Virus record (IMG/VR): IMGVR_UViG_3300037307_000721
Length of the DNA stretch: 64,000 nucleotides
DNA from: a virus
Reading direction: 5' to 3' (one strand)
The notes under the pieces are model-generated. The model saw nothing but the letters and a program-made list of their open reading frames with translations. It was not told the origin of the DNA and did not search any database. A program made the position numbers and the translations under genes. Position 1 is the first letter of the stretch; each line of letters starts with the position of its first letter. Positions 17,594-25,579 of the stretch are shown here, one piece after another.

Positions 17594-17777
17594 CGAGTGC
17601 GGCGACGGCCGCTTCTGCTACCGCTACTGCCAAGAACAACTGGGACCGAGGGCCGATGTCCAGGAGGGCATCGAGATCAGCGGCGACGGCCAGCACTGCA
17701 TCTGCAAGGTGGCCGTGAAGCTGCCGGCCCAGCCCAAGGCAGAGGCCCCGGACCCCAAAGCGCAGGCGCCGAAGTAG
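17496..17777 (+). CDS. possible secreted Cys-rich protein (start uncertain)
   Basis: basic + hydrophobic segment RKRSWRWILILPLLFC, then several Cys; overlaps the previous ORF. Confidence 0.4.
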   Translation: MPSLAEGDRPRTRKRSWRWILILPLLFCSTTCSECGDGRFCYRYCQEQLGPRADVQEGIEISGDGQHCICKVAVKLPAQPKAEAPDPKAQAPK

Positions 17778-17801
17778 CTCCTGCGAGAGAGGTACAGAGC
17801 C

Positions 17802-18212
17802 ATGGCGAAAGTGAAACCCATCAGACCCCCGCTGACCTTCGTGAACTGGGAGGTCGGCGTGGACCTGCGGCATCTCGGTTGGAACCGCAGGGACCTCGAG
17901 AAGATCGCCCGCAAGTACAAGCTGCGCGACGGGCAGGCGGTCATCTTCTTCAACAACGCTCGCGACTTCGGCGGCTCGGGCTCGCACACGCCCAAGGCCC
18001 GGATCGTCTGGCAGTGCAACGGCCAGGTCCTCTCGCTCATCCCCGCGGTGGACGAGGGCGCGAAGCAGGTGAGCTACCAGCTGCTCCTGAACGAGTGGCT
18101 GCGCGCCACCTTCTCCTGCCCGGGCAACCTGGTCGAGGCCATGAACGGCTTCGACACGTCGCTCGAGCGCAGGCTCGCGGCTCGTCAGGCCGCGGTCAAG
18201 AGGGCCAGCTGA
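17802..18212 (+). CDS. IS66 accessory protein TnpB (Orf2)-like protein
   Basis: VDLR...GQAVIFFNNAR...KARIVWQCNGQVL...DEG parallels the IS66 Orf2 consensus DMRkG...GxlFvFxNrrr...KiLwwdgxG...LexG. Confidence 0.5.
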   Translation: MAKVKPIRPPLTFVNWEVGVDLRHLGWNRRDLEKIARKYKLRDGQAVIFFNNARDFGGSGSHTPKARIVWQCNGQVLSLIPAVDEGAKQVSYQLLLNEWLRATFSCPGNLVEAMNGFDTSLERRLAARQAAVKRAS

Positions 18213-18565
18213 TGGCCTGGAAGCGCGCCAAGGGCAACGGCCGGCTCTTCTCCGAGAAGCAGAAGGACCGCATGGTCCAGATGGTGCTCGACGGCAAGAG
18301 CAAGGCCGAGGTCATCAAGGAGGTCGGTTGCCACCGCTCGTGCCTGGACTACATCCTGGTCGAGCGGTTCGGCACGCCCACGGTCAAGCCGGGCATGAAG
18401 CCGAAGGGCGCCAAGAAGATCGACGTCGAGGAGACCGGGCCGGCGCTCGACGAGGGTGAGCGTGACTACCTGCTCTGGGCACTTCGAGGGGCGCTCAACA
18501 AGGTCGGGGGCGCGAGCTATGTCGACCGGCTCATCGCCGACATCCGGGATGGCCGACTGGATTGA
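18212..18565 (+). CDS. helix-turn-helix protein (HTH_Tnp_1-like)
   Basis: FSEKQKDRMVQMVLDGKSKAEVIKEVGCHRSCL; TGATG coupling. Confidence 0.65.
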   Translation: MAWKRAKGNGRLFSEKQKDRMVQMVLDGKSKAEVIKEVGCHRSCLDYILVERFGTPTVKPGMKPKGAKKIDVEETGPALDEGERDYLLWALRGALNKVGGASYVDRLIADIRDGRLD

Positions 18566-19352
18566 GCCTCCGCCGCGCCCCTGCGTGGGCTGCAGCTACT
18601 GCTGCAAGGTGGCGCCCTGCATCCCGGGCTTCCTGGTCTACGGGCCGGGCAAGCCCTGTGGGGCCCTGCGCTGGGACGCCCGGGGCGGGCGCTACCTCTG
18701 CGGCGTCGTGCTCGACGAGCCGGAGCGCACCCGAGACAAGCTGAAGGAGCAGATGGCCATCGGCGCCGGCTGCTCGTCGCCGCTCTTCAACGAGGAGCGA
18801 GAGAGGATGATTCAGATGACACGCGGCAAGATCAAGGACACGCACGCCGGGGTCAGGCTCGTGGAACGCCTCGACGGGGTCGTCTCGCTCGAGGAGCTGC
18901 GCAAGCGCCTCACGGACGGGGACGTCGAGTACCTGCGCCGCCAGTCGGTGACGCGCTCGCTCTGCCGAACCGCGGCCCCGGATGGCACCTGGGTCTACAT
19001 GGTGGTGAATCGCAAGACGAAGAGCATCATCACCATCCTGACTCAGGAGCTCGCCGAGGAGCTCTACAGGCAGATCGGCCGAGACCCACGGGAGCTCAAG
19101 CTCGTCCCGCCCGACCTCAAGCAATGCCAGGGTGAGAAGCGCGAGGGAGGCCCGTACTCCTTCATGACGCTCGGGCCAATCCCGCCCCTGAAGCGCTGCA
19201 CGAACGCGCCGACCGTCGTCGTGCGCGAGACCAAGCCGGCCGAGGACGGACTGCAGGGTTCGATGTCGCTCTGCGACGAGTGCCTCGAGGCCTTTCGGAA
19301 GCAGAACCCGCACGCCAGCTACAGCGTGAAGGAGATCAAGCGCGATGGGTAG
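18549..19352 (+). CDS. multi-domain protein: CxxCxxCC cluster + HAxxRxxER domain + Zn finger
   Basis: CVGCSYCC; THAGVRLVER...VVNRKTKSIITI; C...C...LCDEC. Confidence 0.6.
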   Translation: MADWIEPPPRPCVGCSYCCKVAPCIPGFLVYGPGKPCGALRWDARGGRYLCGVVLDEPERTRDKLKEQMAIGAGCSSPLFNEERERMIQMTRGKIKDTHAGVRLVERLDGVVSLEELRKRLTDGDVEYLRRQSVTRSLCRTAAPDGTWVYMVVNRKTKSIITILTQELAEELYRQIGRDPRELKLVPPDLKQCQGEKREGGPYSFMTLGPIPPLKRCTNAPTVVVRETKPAEDGLQGSMSLCDECLEAFRKQNPHASYSVKEIKRDG

Positions 19353-20130
19353 CATCCAGATCGAAGGCATCCTCATCAGCAAGAACCGCAAGACGGGCTG
19401 CTCCATCAACGTCGACCAGTGCACGCCCACCCCGTGGTGCCGGCCGCACTGCTACCGCTGTTTCCGCGACGAGGTCATCATCGCCGAGAAGGGCTGGGAC
19501 ACGACGCCGAACTCGGGGCCCATCACCTGGCGCACGCAGCGCGAGTCCTACAAGCGCAACGAGCGAGCCATCATGCTGGCCGGCCAGGAGGGCAGGCTCG
19601 ACACCGCGGCCGCGCTCATCGCATGTCGGCTGAAGGACCCGGACCCGCTGCGCGGCAACGGCACGGGCGACCTGTTCCCCGAGCTCTGCGAGCTCTACGC
19701 CCGCATCGCGTTCCACGGCAAGCCGGTGTTCCTCTTCTCGCGCCGGCCGGCCATGATCCGCGAGCTCCTCGACGTCTGCGATGGGTTGGAGCTCGATCCG
19801 GCGAAGCGGCCGTTCGTCCTGGGGTCCATCGACCCCTCGACCACGCTCTGCGAATGCCACCAGCTCGTCGAGGCCACGGCAGCGATCAACGGGCGCCCGG
19901 TGCTGGCCTACGCTACGGACAAGGGCGGAGGCATGGGCTGCGGCGAGGTTCGGGCGCATCGCTTCAGCCAGTACATCCAGGTGGTCTTCGGCTACCACAC
20001 GAACTTCATCAAGACCGTGATTCCGCATCCGCTGGCCTGCCCAGCAACCAACGGGCGGCCAATCCACTGCCGCGAATGCCGAAAATGTTTCGGACTTGAC
20101 CAGGACACTCCAACGGTTCGACAATGTTAG
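19345..20130 (+). CDS. Gp88-like putative Fe-S (radical-SAM-like) protein
   Basis: NRKTGCSIN..CTPTPWCRPHCY N-terminal Cys triad, C-terminal CPAT..CxxCxxC. Confidence 0.55.
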   Translation: MGSIQIEGILISKNRKTGCSINVDQCTPTPWCRPHCYRCFRDEVIIAEKGWDTTPNSGPITWRTQRESYKRNERAIMLAGQEGRLDTAAALIACRLKDPDPLRGNGTGDLFPELCELYARIAFHGKPVFLFSRRPAMIRELLDVCDGLELDPAKRPFVLGSIDPSTTLCECHQLVEATAAINGRPVLAYATDKGGGMGCGEVRAHRFSQYIQVVFGYHTNFIKTVIPHPLACPATNGRPIHCRECRKCFGLDQDTPTVRQC

Positions 20131-20140
20131 TATCGTTGTC

Positions 20141-20827
20141 ATGCCACAAGGAGTGCCCATGGGAAAGTACTCGGTGCGCTGCCGCGCGTGCGGCGCGCGA
20201 TTGGGTGCGATCACCGCCGCGCACGTTCGCGGACACGGAATGACTCTAGTCGCCTACATGCGCCGTTTCGGCGGCCCGCTAACCGCCGAGCTTGTGCGCC
20301 AGAGTCGAGGAAGAGCCAAGTCGCCGGAGCAGCGAAAATCGCTAGCCGAACGATTCTGGGAGAAGGTATCGCGTGGGGCTGAGGACGAGTGCTGGCTGTG
20401 GACCGGCGCCGGGGCTCGCACGAGCCGCTACGGCAACCTGATCCGCCCCGACGGCCAACACGCGCAGGCGCATCGCGTGGCGTGGGAGTTGGCGCATGGG
20501 CCCGTGCCTGACGGATTGCAGGTACTCCACACTTGCGATCATGGACTATGCGTCAATCCTGCTCACCTGTTTCTTGGAACGCAGCTCGACAACGTGTTGG
20601 ATATGGAACGCAAGGGCCGCCACGGGCGCGGCTACCAACTGGCACCTGGCTGCCGCCAAGGCGAGTGCAATGGCAATGCCAAGCTCACGGAGAAGCAGGT
20701 GCGACTGGCTAAGCAACTGGCGGCGCGTGGCATGCGCCCGTGCGACATACAAGAGCGGACAGGCATCAAGAAGAACACGCTGTTTCACATTCTGAGCGGA
20801 CGCCAGTGGACGCATGTCGAACCATGA
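20141..20827 (+). CDS. HNH homing endonuclease (HNH_3 type) with N-terminal Zn-finger-like domain
   Basis: CWLWTGA...AHRVAWELAHG...VLHTCDHGLCVNPAHLFLGTQLDN; more A/T-ending codons than neighbours; start among 20096/20141/20159. Confidence 0.9.
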   Translation: MPQGVPMGKYSVRCRACGARLGAITAAHVRGHGMTLVAYMRRFGGPLTAELVRQSRGRAKSPEQRKSLAERFWEKVSRGAEDECWLWTGAGARTSRYGNLIRPDGQHAQAHRVAWELAHGPVPDGLQVLHTCDHGLCVNPAHLFLGTQLDNVLDMERKGRHGRGYQLAPGCRQGECNGNAKLTEKQVRLAKQLAARGMRPCDIQERTGIKKNTLFHILSGRQWTHVEP

Positions 20828-20900
20828 GAAGGAGTGCCCCGCGACGGCCGGACAGCACGTCAAGTGCACCGAGTGCCGGCGCTGCTTCGGGCCGGAATGA
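20814..20900 (+). pseudogene. displaced original 3' end of the Gp88-like gene
   Basis: HEKECPATAGQHVKCTECRRCFG aligns with HPLACPATNGRPIHCRECRKCFG at 20026-20094. Confidence 0.7.
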
Positions 20901-20956
20901 GCTTGATCTATCCCATGCCCTAGCGGCAGAATGTCCTCGAGGTATAGGAGAAAGCC

Positions 20957-21262
20957 ATGAAGAAGATCGAGGGACTCAACAGCAAAGAGCAGGTGCTTCT
21001 CAACGTCTTCGCCGACGGGAAGGAGCACACCATCCGCGAGCTCAAGAAGCTCTTCCTCCACGAAGCGGCGGCCCGTCTGGCCGGGCACTACAAGGGCTGG
21101 GGCAAGAAGGATGTCGACGCCACGGCCCAGAGCTACGTGCGCAACTCCCTGCGCAAGCTCGTCGCGCAGGAGTGGATCGAGCTCGTCGGGCGCGGGACCT
21201 ACAAGCGCACCGACAAGGCCGCCGACCGGTTCCGCCGGCTGAAGCAGAAGAAGGCCGCCTGA
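20957..21262 (+). CDS. winged-helix DNA-binding protein
   Basis: LNSKEQVLLNVF...VRNSLRKLVAQEWIELVGRGTY; AGGAG SD. Confidence 0.7.
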   Translation: MKKIEGLNSKEQVLLNVFADGKEHTIRELKKLFLHEAAARLAGHYKGWGKKDVDATAQSYVRNSLRKLVAQEWIELVGRGTYKRTDKAADRFRRLKQKKAA

Positions 21263-21263
21263 C

Positions 21264-21588
21264 GTGCTGATCTACAAGTACGTCCTCGAGAAGAAGTACG
21301 GAGAGCAGACGATCGAGATGCCCTACATCTCGGTGCCCATCTCGTTCGGCCTGGACCCGCAGGGGCAGCTCTGCGTCTGGTGCCTGGTCGACACCTCGCA
21401 GCCCAAGACGCACGGGGGCGCGACGGACAACACTCGTCCACCGCTTCTTCGTGGGCCTGACGGGGCACGAGGGGCCGAGCCTCCCACTCGACGTCCTGCG
21501 CCGGGCGACGACATTCCTCGGCACGGTGAACGACGGCGGCTACATGCTGCACGGCTTCTACATGGGGTTCGAGCAGCCGAAGGCATAG
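21264..21588 (+). pseudogene. frameshifted small phage gene (DUF7352-like family, name from memory)
   Basis: IYKYVL...QTIEMP...QGQLCVWCLVD in one frame; RFFVGLTGHE...FLGTV...GGYMLHGF in the +1 frame; G5 run at 21414-21418. Confidence 0.6.
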
Positions 21589-21661
21589 GGCAAGAACGCA
21601 CCTCCCCCTTGCGCTGAAACCAGGTGGTTTGAGCGAGGGCCTGACCCTACACGAATTCAGC

Positions 21662-21690
21662 TCGACATGGCAAGCGAAAAAGTGTAGAGT
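21662..21690 (+). promoter_or_regulatory. sigma70-type promoter
   Basis: TCGACA-N17-TAGAGT, 9 nt upstream of ATG 21700 with no SD (near-leaderless). Confidence 0.5.
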
Positions 21691-21699
21691 GTTTTTCCC

Positions 21700-22029
21700 A
21701 TGGACCTCACCGTGAACCAGAGCAACATCTCGTTCCCCGAGACCGTGACGGTGGACGGCTTGCGCTGCTTCGTCCTGCAGTGGACACCCATCCTCGGCGA
21801 CGGCATGCCCTGGCCCATCTTCTGGGACGTGCGCGTCGAAGAGAACTTCGAGAAGCACCGGGTCTGGGTGTGCGGCGCCATCTCCATGCGCATGTGGGCC
21901 CAGTTGCGCGACTCGCTCGGCTGGGACGCGCAGGAGGTCAAGGAGCGCCTGCGCCAACACCTGCTCAACCGGATGCCTCTCGGCCTGGGCTGGGACGTGC
22001 AGATCATCGTCGCGGACCCGCCGGCATGA
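21700..22029 (+). CDS. hypothetical protein
   Basis: GC3-biased ORF. Confidence 0.7.
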   Translation: MDLTVNQSNISFPETVTVDGLRCFVLQWTPILGDGMPWPIFWDVRVEENFEKHRVWVCGAISMRMWAQLRDSLGWDAQEVKERLRQHLLNRMPLGLGWDVQIIVADPPA

Positions 22030-22235
22030 TGAGCCAGGACGAGCGGATGAACCGAGAGGCGAATGCGTTCGCCCGGGCGCTGCTCATGCCAGCGGACCTC
22101 CTGCGCAACGAGATCGCCAAGCGCGGCGGCAAGGTCACGTCGCAGATGCTCGTCGAGCTCGCCGAGCTGTTCTGCGTCGAAGAGCACCAGATGACCATTC
22201 GTCTCATCGAACTGGAGATGATCAAAGCACCATGA
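22026..22235 (+). CDS. ImmA/IrrE-like C-terminal fragment protein
   Basis: REANAFARALLMP...LAELFCV...IRL; no HExxH. Confidence 0.65.
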   Translation: MMSQDERMNREANAFARALLMPADLLRNEIAKRGGKVTSQMLVELAELFCVEEHQMTIRLIELEMIKAP

Positions 22236-22861
22236 CCATCGTCGAGAAAGGCATGAAGCTCGACGTCCAGGACGTCAAGAGCCACCAGGTGGAGAAGCTG
22301 CACTTCCGCTTTCGCGGCTTCGGGTGGATGAACGTCTTCCTCGACGACATGGGCAAGCACGGCACCTACAACGCCGGCGAGCTCGCCATCCATTCGGACT
22401 GGGGAAGCTGGGCCTACACCTGGACGGGCATCCCCGAGCACGAGACGCTGCGCCAGTTCTTGTGCACGGCCGGCAACGACTACCTCGCGCGCAAGCTGCT
22501 GGGCGGGCAGGACGTGGAGGAGTGGGACTCGGAGGCCACGAAGGAGGCGCTCCGCAAGTACATCAACGAGGAGTGCCCCGAGGAGGGCTATGAGCGCAGG
22601 ACCTTCTCCGGGCACACGAAGACCGTGCTCAAGAAGGCTCTGCTCGAGTTCCTCGAGGGCTGCGACTGGGACAACGGGCTCACGCTCTGGGTCGAGCGCA
22701 TGGATAGCGACCTATGCGACTTCCTCAACGGTGAGCCCTGGGAGCACGTCGTGCACAAGCCGACGACCACGTATCTCGTGCTGACCGAGGGCCTGCTCCC
22801 GGCGCTGAAGGACTACCTGAAGGAGCAGGAGGCCAAGCCCAAGCTGGAGTCGGTGCCATGA
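22232..22861 (+). CDS. conserved phage protein (GELAIHSDWGSWAY...DYLARKL)
   Basis: ATGA coupling; GC3 bias. Confidence 0.75.
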   Translation: MTIVEKGMKLDVQDVKSHQVEKLHFRFRGFGWMNVFLDDMGKHGTYNAGELAIHSDWGSWAYTWTGIPEHETLRQFLCTAGNDYLARKLLGGQDVEEWDSEATKEALRKYINEECPEEGYERRTFSGHTKTVLKKALLEFLEGCDWDNGLTLWVERMDSDLCDFLNGEPWEHVVHKPTTTYLVLTEGLLPALKDYLKEQEAKPKLESVP

Positions 22862-23118
22862 CCGCTCAGCGCGTCGAGGAGCACGTCGGTTGGGTCATGA
22901 CCCTGGACGAGACGGCCTGCGTCGATGGCGAGCCGTGTCGGCTCTACTTGACACCGGACGGTCTACTGACGCCCGACATTGAGCAGGCCGAGTTCATCCC
23001 GGACGTGACCGACCACCGCGGCCAGGCGTTCTTCTTTCCGAACGACCCGCGGAAGAGGTTCACCTGTCTCAAGGTCATGCGCGTTCTGACCATCACGCAG
23101 AAGACGGAGCTCCTCTGA
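22858..23118 (+). CDS. hypothetical protein
   Basis: ATGA coupling. Confidence 0.6.
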   Translation: MTAQRVEEHVGWVMTLDETACVDGEPCRLYLTPDGLLTPDIEQAEFIPDVTDHRGQAFFFPNDPRKRFTCLKVMRVLTITQKTELL

Positions 23119-23417
23119 TGGCCGAAGAGCACTTCGCCGAGACCTATCCGGTCTGCCCGCACTGCGGCCACGTCGACCGCGACTGGTGGGACGTGTCTCC
23201 GTCACGGCGCGTGGAGGAGGACGCCGAATGGGAGACCGAGTGCGGCACGTGCGAACAGACCTACATCGTGAGGGTGCGCGTGAGCATCTCGTTCGACACG
23301 TGCGTCCCGAAGAGCCCGAGCTGGGTCTGTGACGAGTGCGGCGAGCACGTGCTCGAGTCGGACGAGCACAAGTGCTGGCGGACAGGCCTGGTGATCAAGA
23401 GGCCAGGGCTGGAGTGA
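23118..23417 (+). CDS. multi-zinc-ribbon protein
   Basis: CPHCG, CGTC, CDECG..HKC. Confidence 0.7.
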   Translation: MAEEHFAETYPVCPHCGHVDRDWWDVSPSRRVEEDAEWETECGTCEQTYIVRVRVSISFDTCVPKSPSWVCDECGEHVLESDEHKCWRTGLVIKRPGLE

Positions 23418-23421
23418 TGCC

Positions 23422-24300
23422 TTGCGCCGAGGAACGATCATCGAGCTCACCAAGGCTGATCGCGACCTCGAGTGCGCCTACGTCGGTCAGAGAGCGAAGG
23501 TCTGGCGCGTCTATGAAGACGGGTCGCTGTATGTCGAGCTGAAGTGCGGGCACCCCTACAACATCCCCGCAGGAAACCCGAACGGACACTACAAGATCAT
23601 CTCGGAGCCGGCTGATGAGGAGACGATTCGGCCGACCAGAAAGGAAAAGAAGATGCCTCGCAAGACGCAACTGAAGGGAACCGCGAACGTGGCGCCGACG
23701 GCGGCCACCGAGCCGAAGCAGGCCGTGATCCCGGACAGCCGGGGAGTCATCCCCGTGCAGGGCTACGAGGAGCAGGTCAAGCAGTTCAAGACCAACCTCC
23801 GCTTCCACGAGCAGCTCGGCAAGACGGTCGAGGAGGGCAAGGGCTTCTTCCGGAACCTGACCAAGCAGGTGCTCGAGAGCGTCTCGGGCGACGTGCACCG
23901 GGTCGAGTTCCTCGCCGAGGACGGCTCCGCCGTTCCCGTGACGCTGCCCGACCTCTCGAAGGCCGGCAACCGCACGCTGCTCAAGCCCGACCTCTACGCC
24001 GCCGCGACCAAGCTCGGCGTGTCCGTCGAGGAGCTCGGCGTGACCGAGACCGAGACCTCCGTCGTGCTGACCGGCGCGATGGCGCAGTGGTTCATCGACT
24101 CGGTGCTCCAGCCGAACTACGTGGCCACCGGGCAGCCGATCCCCGAGGGCATCGAGCAGAAGACGGCGACGCGCCTCTCCGAGGCTGGCATCGAGAAGCT
24201 GCGCGAGATGGCCAAGTCGGCCAAGACCACGCAGGAGCGCGAGGCCGCGAAGCTCATCCTCGAGAACGGCAGCAAGGCCGCGCAGGTCACCGCGAAGTGA
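23422..24300 (+). CDS. hypothetical protein (possible internal start at 23653)
   Basis: long GC3-biased ORF. Confidence 0.7.
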   Translation: MRRGTIIELTKADRDLECAYVGQRAKVWRVYEDGSLYVELKCGHPYNIPAGNPNGHYKIISEPADEETIRPTRKEKKMPRKTQLKGTANVAPTAATEPKQAVIPDSRGVIPVQGYEEQVKQFKTNLRFHEQLGKTVEEGKGFFRNLTKQVLESVSGDVHRVEFLAEDGSAVPVTLPDLSKAGNRTLLKPDLYAAATKLGVSVEELGVTETETSVVLTGAMAQWFIDSVLQPNYVATGQPIPEGIEQKTATRLSEAGIEKLREMAKSAKTTQEREAAKLILENGSKAAQVTAK

Positions 24301-24734
24301 CCGAGTACCTGCTCCCCTTCGACTTCCGGAACGTCCGCGAGCCGGAGGAGCTGCCTTCGCACAAGGCAGCTCCTCCGCCGCCCTTTGAGCCCGGCGAGTA
24401 CCTGCTGCAGATCAAGATGGTACTGGTCCGCAAGCGAGAAGGCCGCGCGGACCTGGTGGACTTCATCAGCATGGTGATGGAGGGCCCGGGTCGCGGCATG
24501 AAGTTCGCCGGTCGAGAGATGCACGACGGCATCCAGGCCACCATGATGGGCGCGCCCTGGTTCCTGCAGCTCTTCTACGCCTGCTTCGGCCGGCGCTCGA
24601 CCAAGTGGCGCATGACCCACTATCGGGGCGTCTGGGACCCTTCGAAGTTGATCGGTCGCTTCTACCGTGCGACGGTGCGGATTCAGGATGGCTACGTCAT
24701 CGTCACCGACCGTCGAGGTGCCAAGGATGGATGA
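24297..24734 (+). CDS. DUF669-like (SSB-like) protein, paralogue of 38429..39097
   Basis: PGEYLLQI..VMEGPGRGMKFAGR..WDPSKLIGRFYRAT aligns with VGRYLLNI..VMGPGPGNVQFQGR..VDNEWLHGRQFCAT. Confidence 0.6.
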   Translation: MTEYLLPFDFRNVREPEELPSHKAAPPPPFEPGEYLLQIKMVLVRKREGRADLVDFISMVMEGPGRGMKFAGREMHDGIQATMMGAPWFLQLFYACFGRRSTKWRMTHYRGVWDPSKLIGRFYRATVRIQDGYVIVTDRRGAKDG

Positions 24735-25017
24735 GCCACTCGACAAGCTCACGCTGAGCGACTTGCTCAGCACGGCGCCGAGGCCTGAGATCGCCGCGGC
24801 GACTCTGCTGGGCGGCGCCGTGCGTGGACACCAGGGCGCGAAGTGCGCCATTTGCGGCACGGTCATGCGCGACCTCGGCGAGGACCGGCGCATGGGCGTG
24901 ACCGTCCTCTTCTTCGAGATGCCCGACGACCCCGAGAGCAGCTTCTTCTCCATCGCCTGTAGCGAGCTCTGTCGCGAGCGGGCAATGCGCGCCAGGGGCT
25001 GGAGTCACAAGCCATGA
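24727..25017 (+). CDS. treble-clef-like zinc-finger protein, paralogue of 16524..16784
   Basis: CAICG...IACSELCRERA. Confidence 0.65.
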   Translation: MDEPLDKLTLSDLLSTAPRPEIAAATLLGGAVRGHQGAKCAICGTVMRDLGEDRRMGVTVLFFEMPDDPESSFFSIACSELCRERAMRARGWSHKP

Positions 25018-25325
25018 CGTGGACCGGTGGCCCGCCGGGCTACTGGCTCACTCGAGGAGGTCCCGTGCTCATCACGCAGATGAGCAATGAGCACCTTCTC
25101 AACGCCGTGGCCCGCTGGGCGAGGAAGGCCCAGGAGCTGGGCACGACGGACGAGATGCTGCGTCACCCGAAGTGGCGGGAGCTCTGCGAGGAAGGCTTCA
25201 AGCGCGTCCTGCCCATGGGGCTCGTGGGCGCAGAGCCGACCAAGCCCGACCTCGACCCGGTCCAGGTTGACCGGTTCGGCAACCTGGAGACGGACGATGA
25301 TCAAGGCGATCCTGAGCAACGATGA
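25014..25325 (+). CDS. hypothetical protein
   Basis: ATGA coupling; ITQMSNEHLLNA motif. Confidence 0.7.
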   Translation: MTWTGGPPGYWLTRGGPVLITQMSNEHLLNAVARWARKAQELGTTDEMLRHPKWRELCEEGFKRVLPMGLVGAEPTKPDLDPVQVDRFGNLETDDDQGDPEQR

Positions 25326-25527
25326 CGGCAGCCAGATGTTGCTCCTCGGCCTGTCGAAGACGAACATGGACAAGCTGCTCGAAGGCCTACCCATCGCCGT
25401 CGACATCACGGTGAACGGCGCGCACCTGCGCATCGGCATCGTCGGCGGCGAGACCGAGGAAGCCATCATCGCTGAGCTGCGGCGGCACTTTCCGCAGCTG
25501 CACGGTCGCCCCGACCTGCTGCACTGA
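25297..25527 (+). CDS. small conserved phage protein (MIKA...LLGLSxxN)
   Basis: GGAG SD; GC3 bias. Confidence 0.65.
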   Translation: MIKAILSNDDGSQMLLLGLSKTNMDKLLEGLPIAVDITVNGAHLRIGIVGGETEEAIIAELRRHFPQLHGRPDLLH

Positions 25528-25531
25528 AACC

Positions 25532-25567
25532 CGATTCGGCCCGAATCGCATTTGTCGGATTTCGACA
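25532..25567 (+). terminator. two tandem short hairpins (terminator or operator)
   Basis: CGATTCG-GCC-CGAATCG and TGTCG-GATTT-CGACA just upstream of promoter copy B. Confidence 0.4.
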
Positions 25568-25579
25568 GGTAGATAATTC

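Noticed and set aside
17802-18565. Active IS66 element
   Set aside because: No transposase, inverted repeats or target duplication; reported only as a domesticated-like pair.
20020-20820. Group I intron carrying the HNH gene
   Set aside because: Almost all of the interval is coding, leaving no room for a ribozyme core, and the duplicated protein tail explains it without splicing. RT-PCR would settle it.
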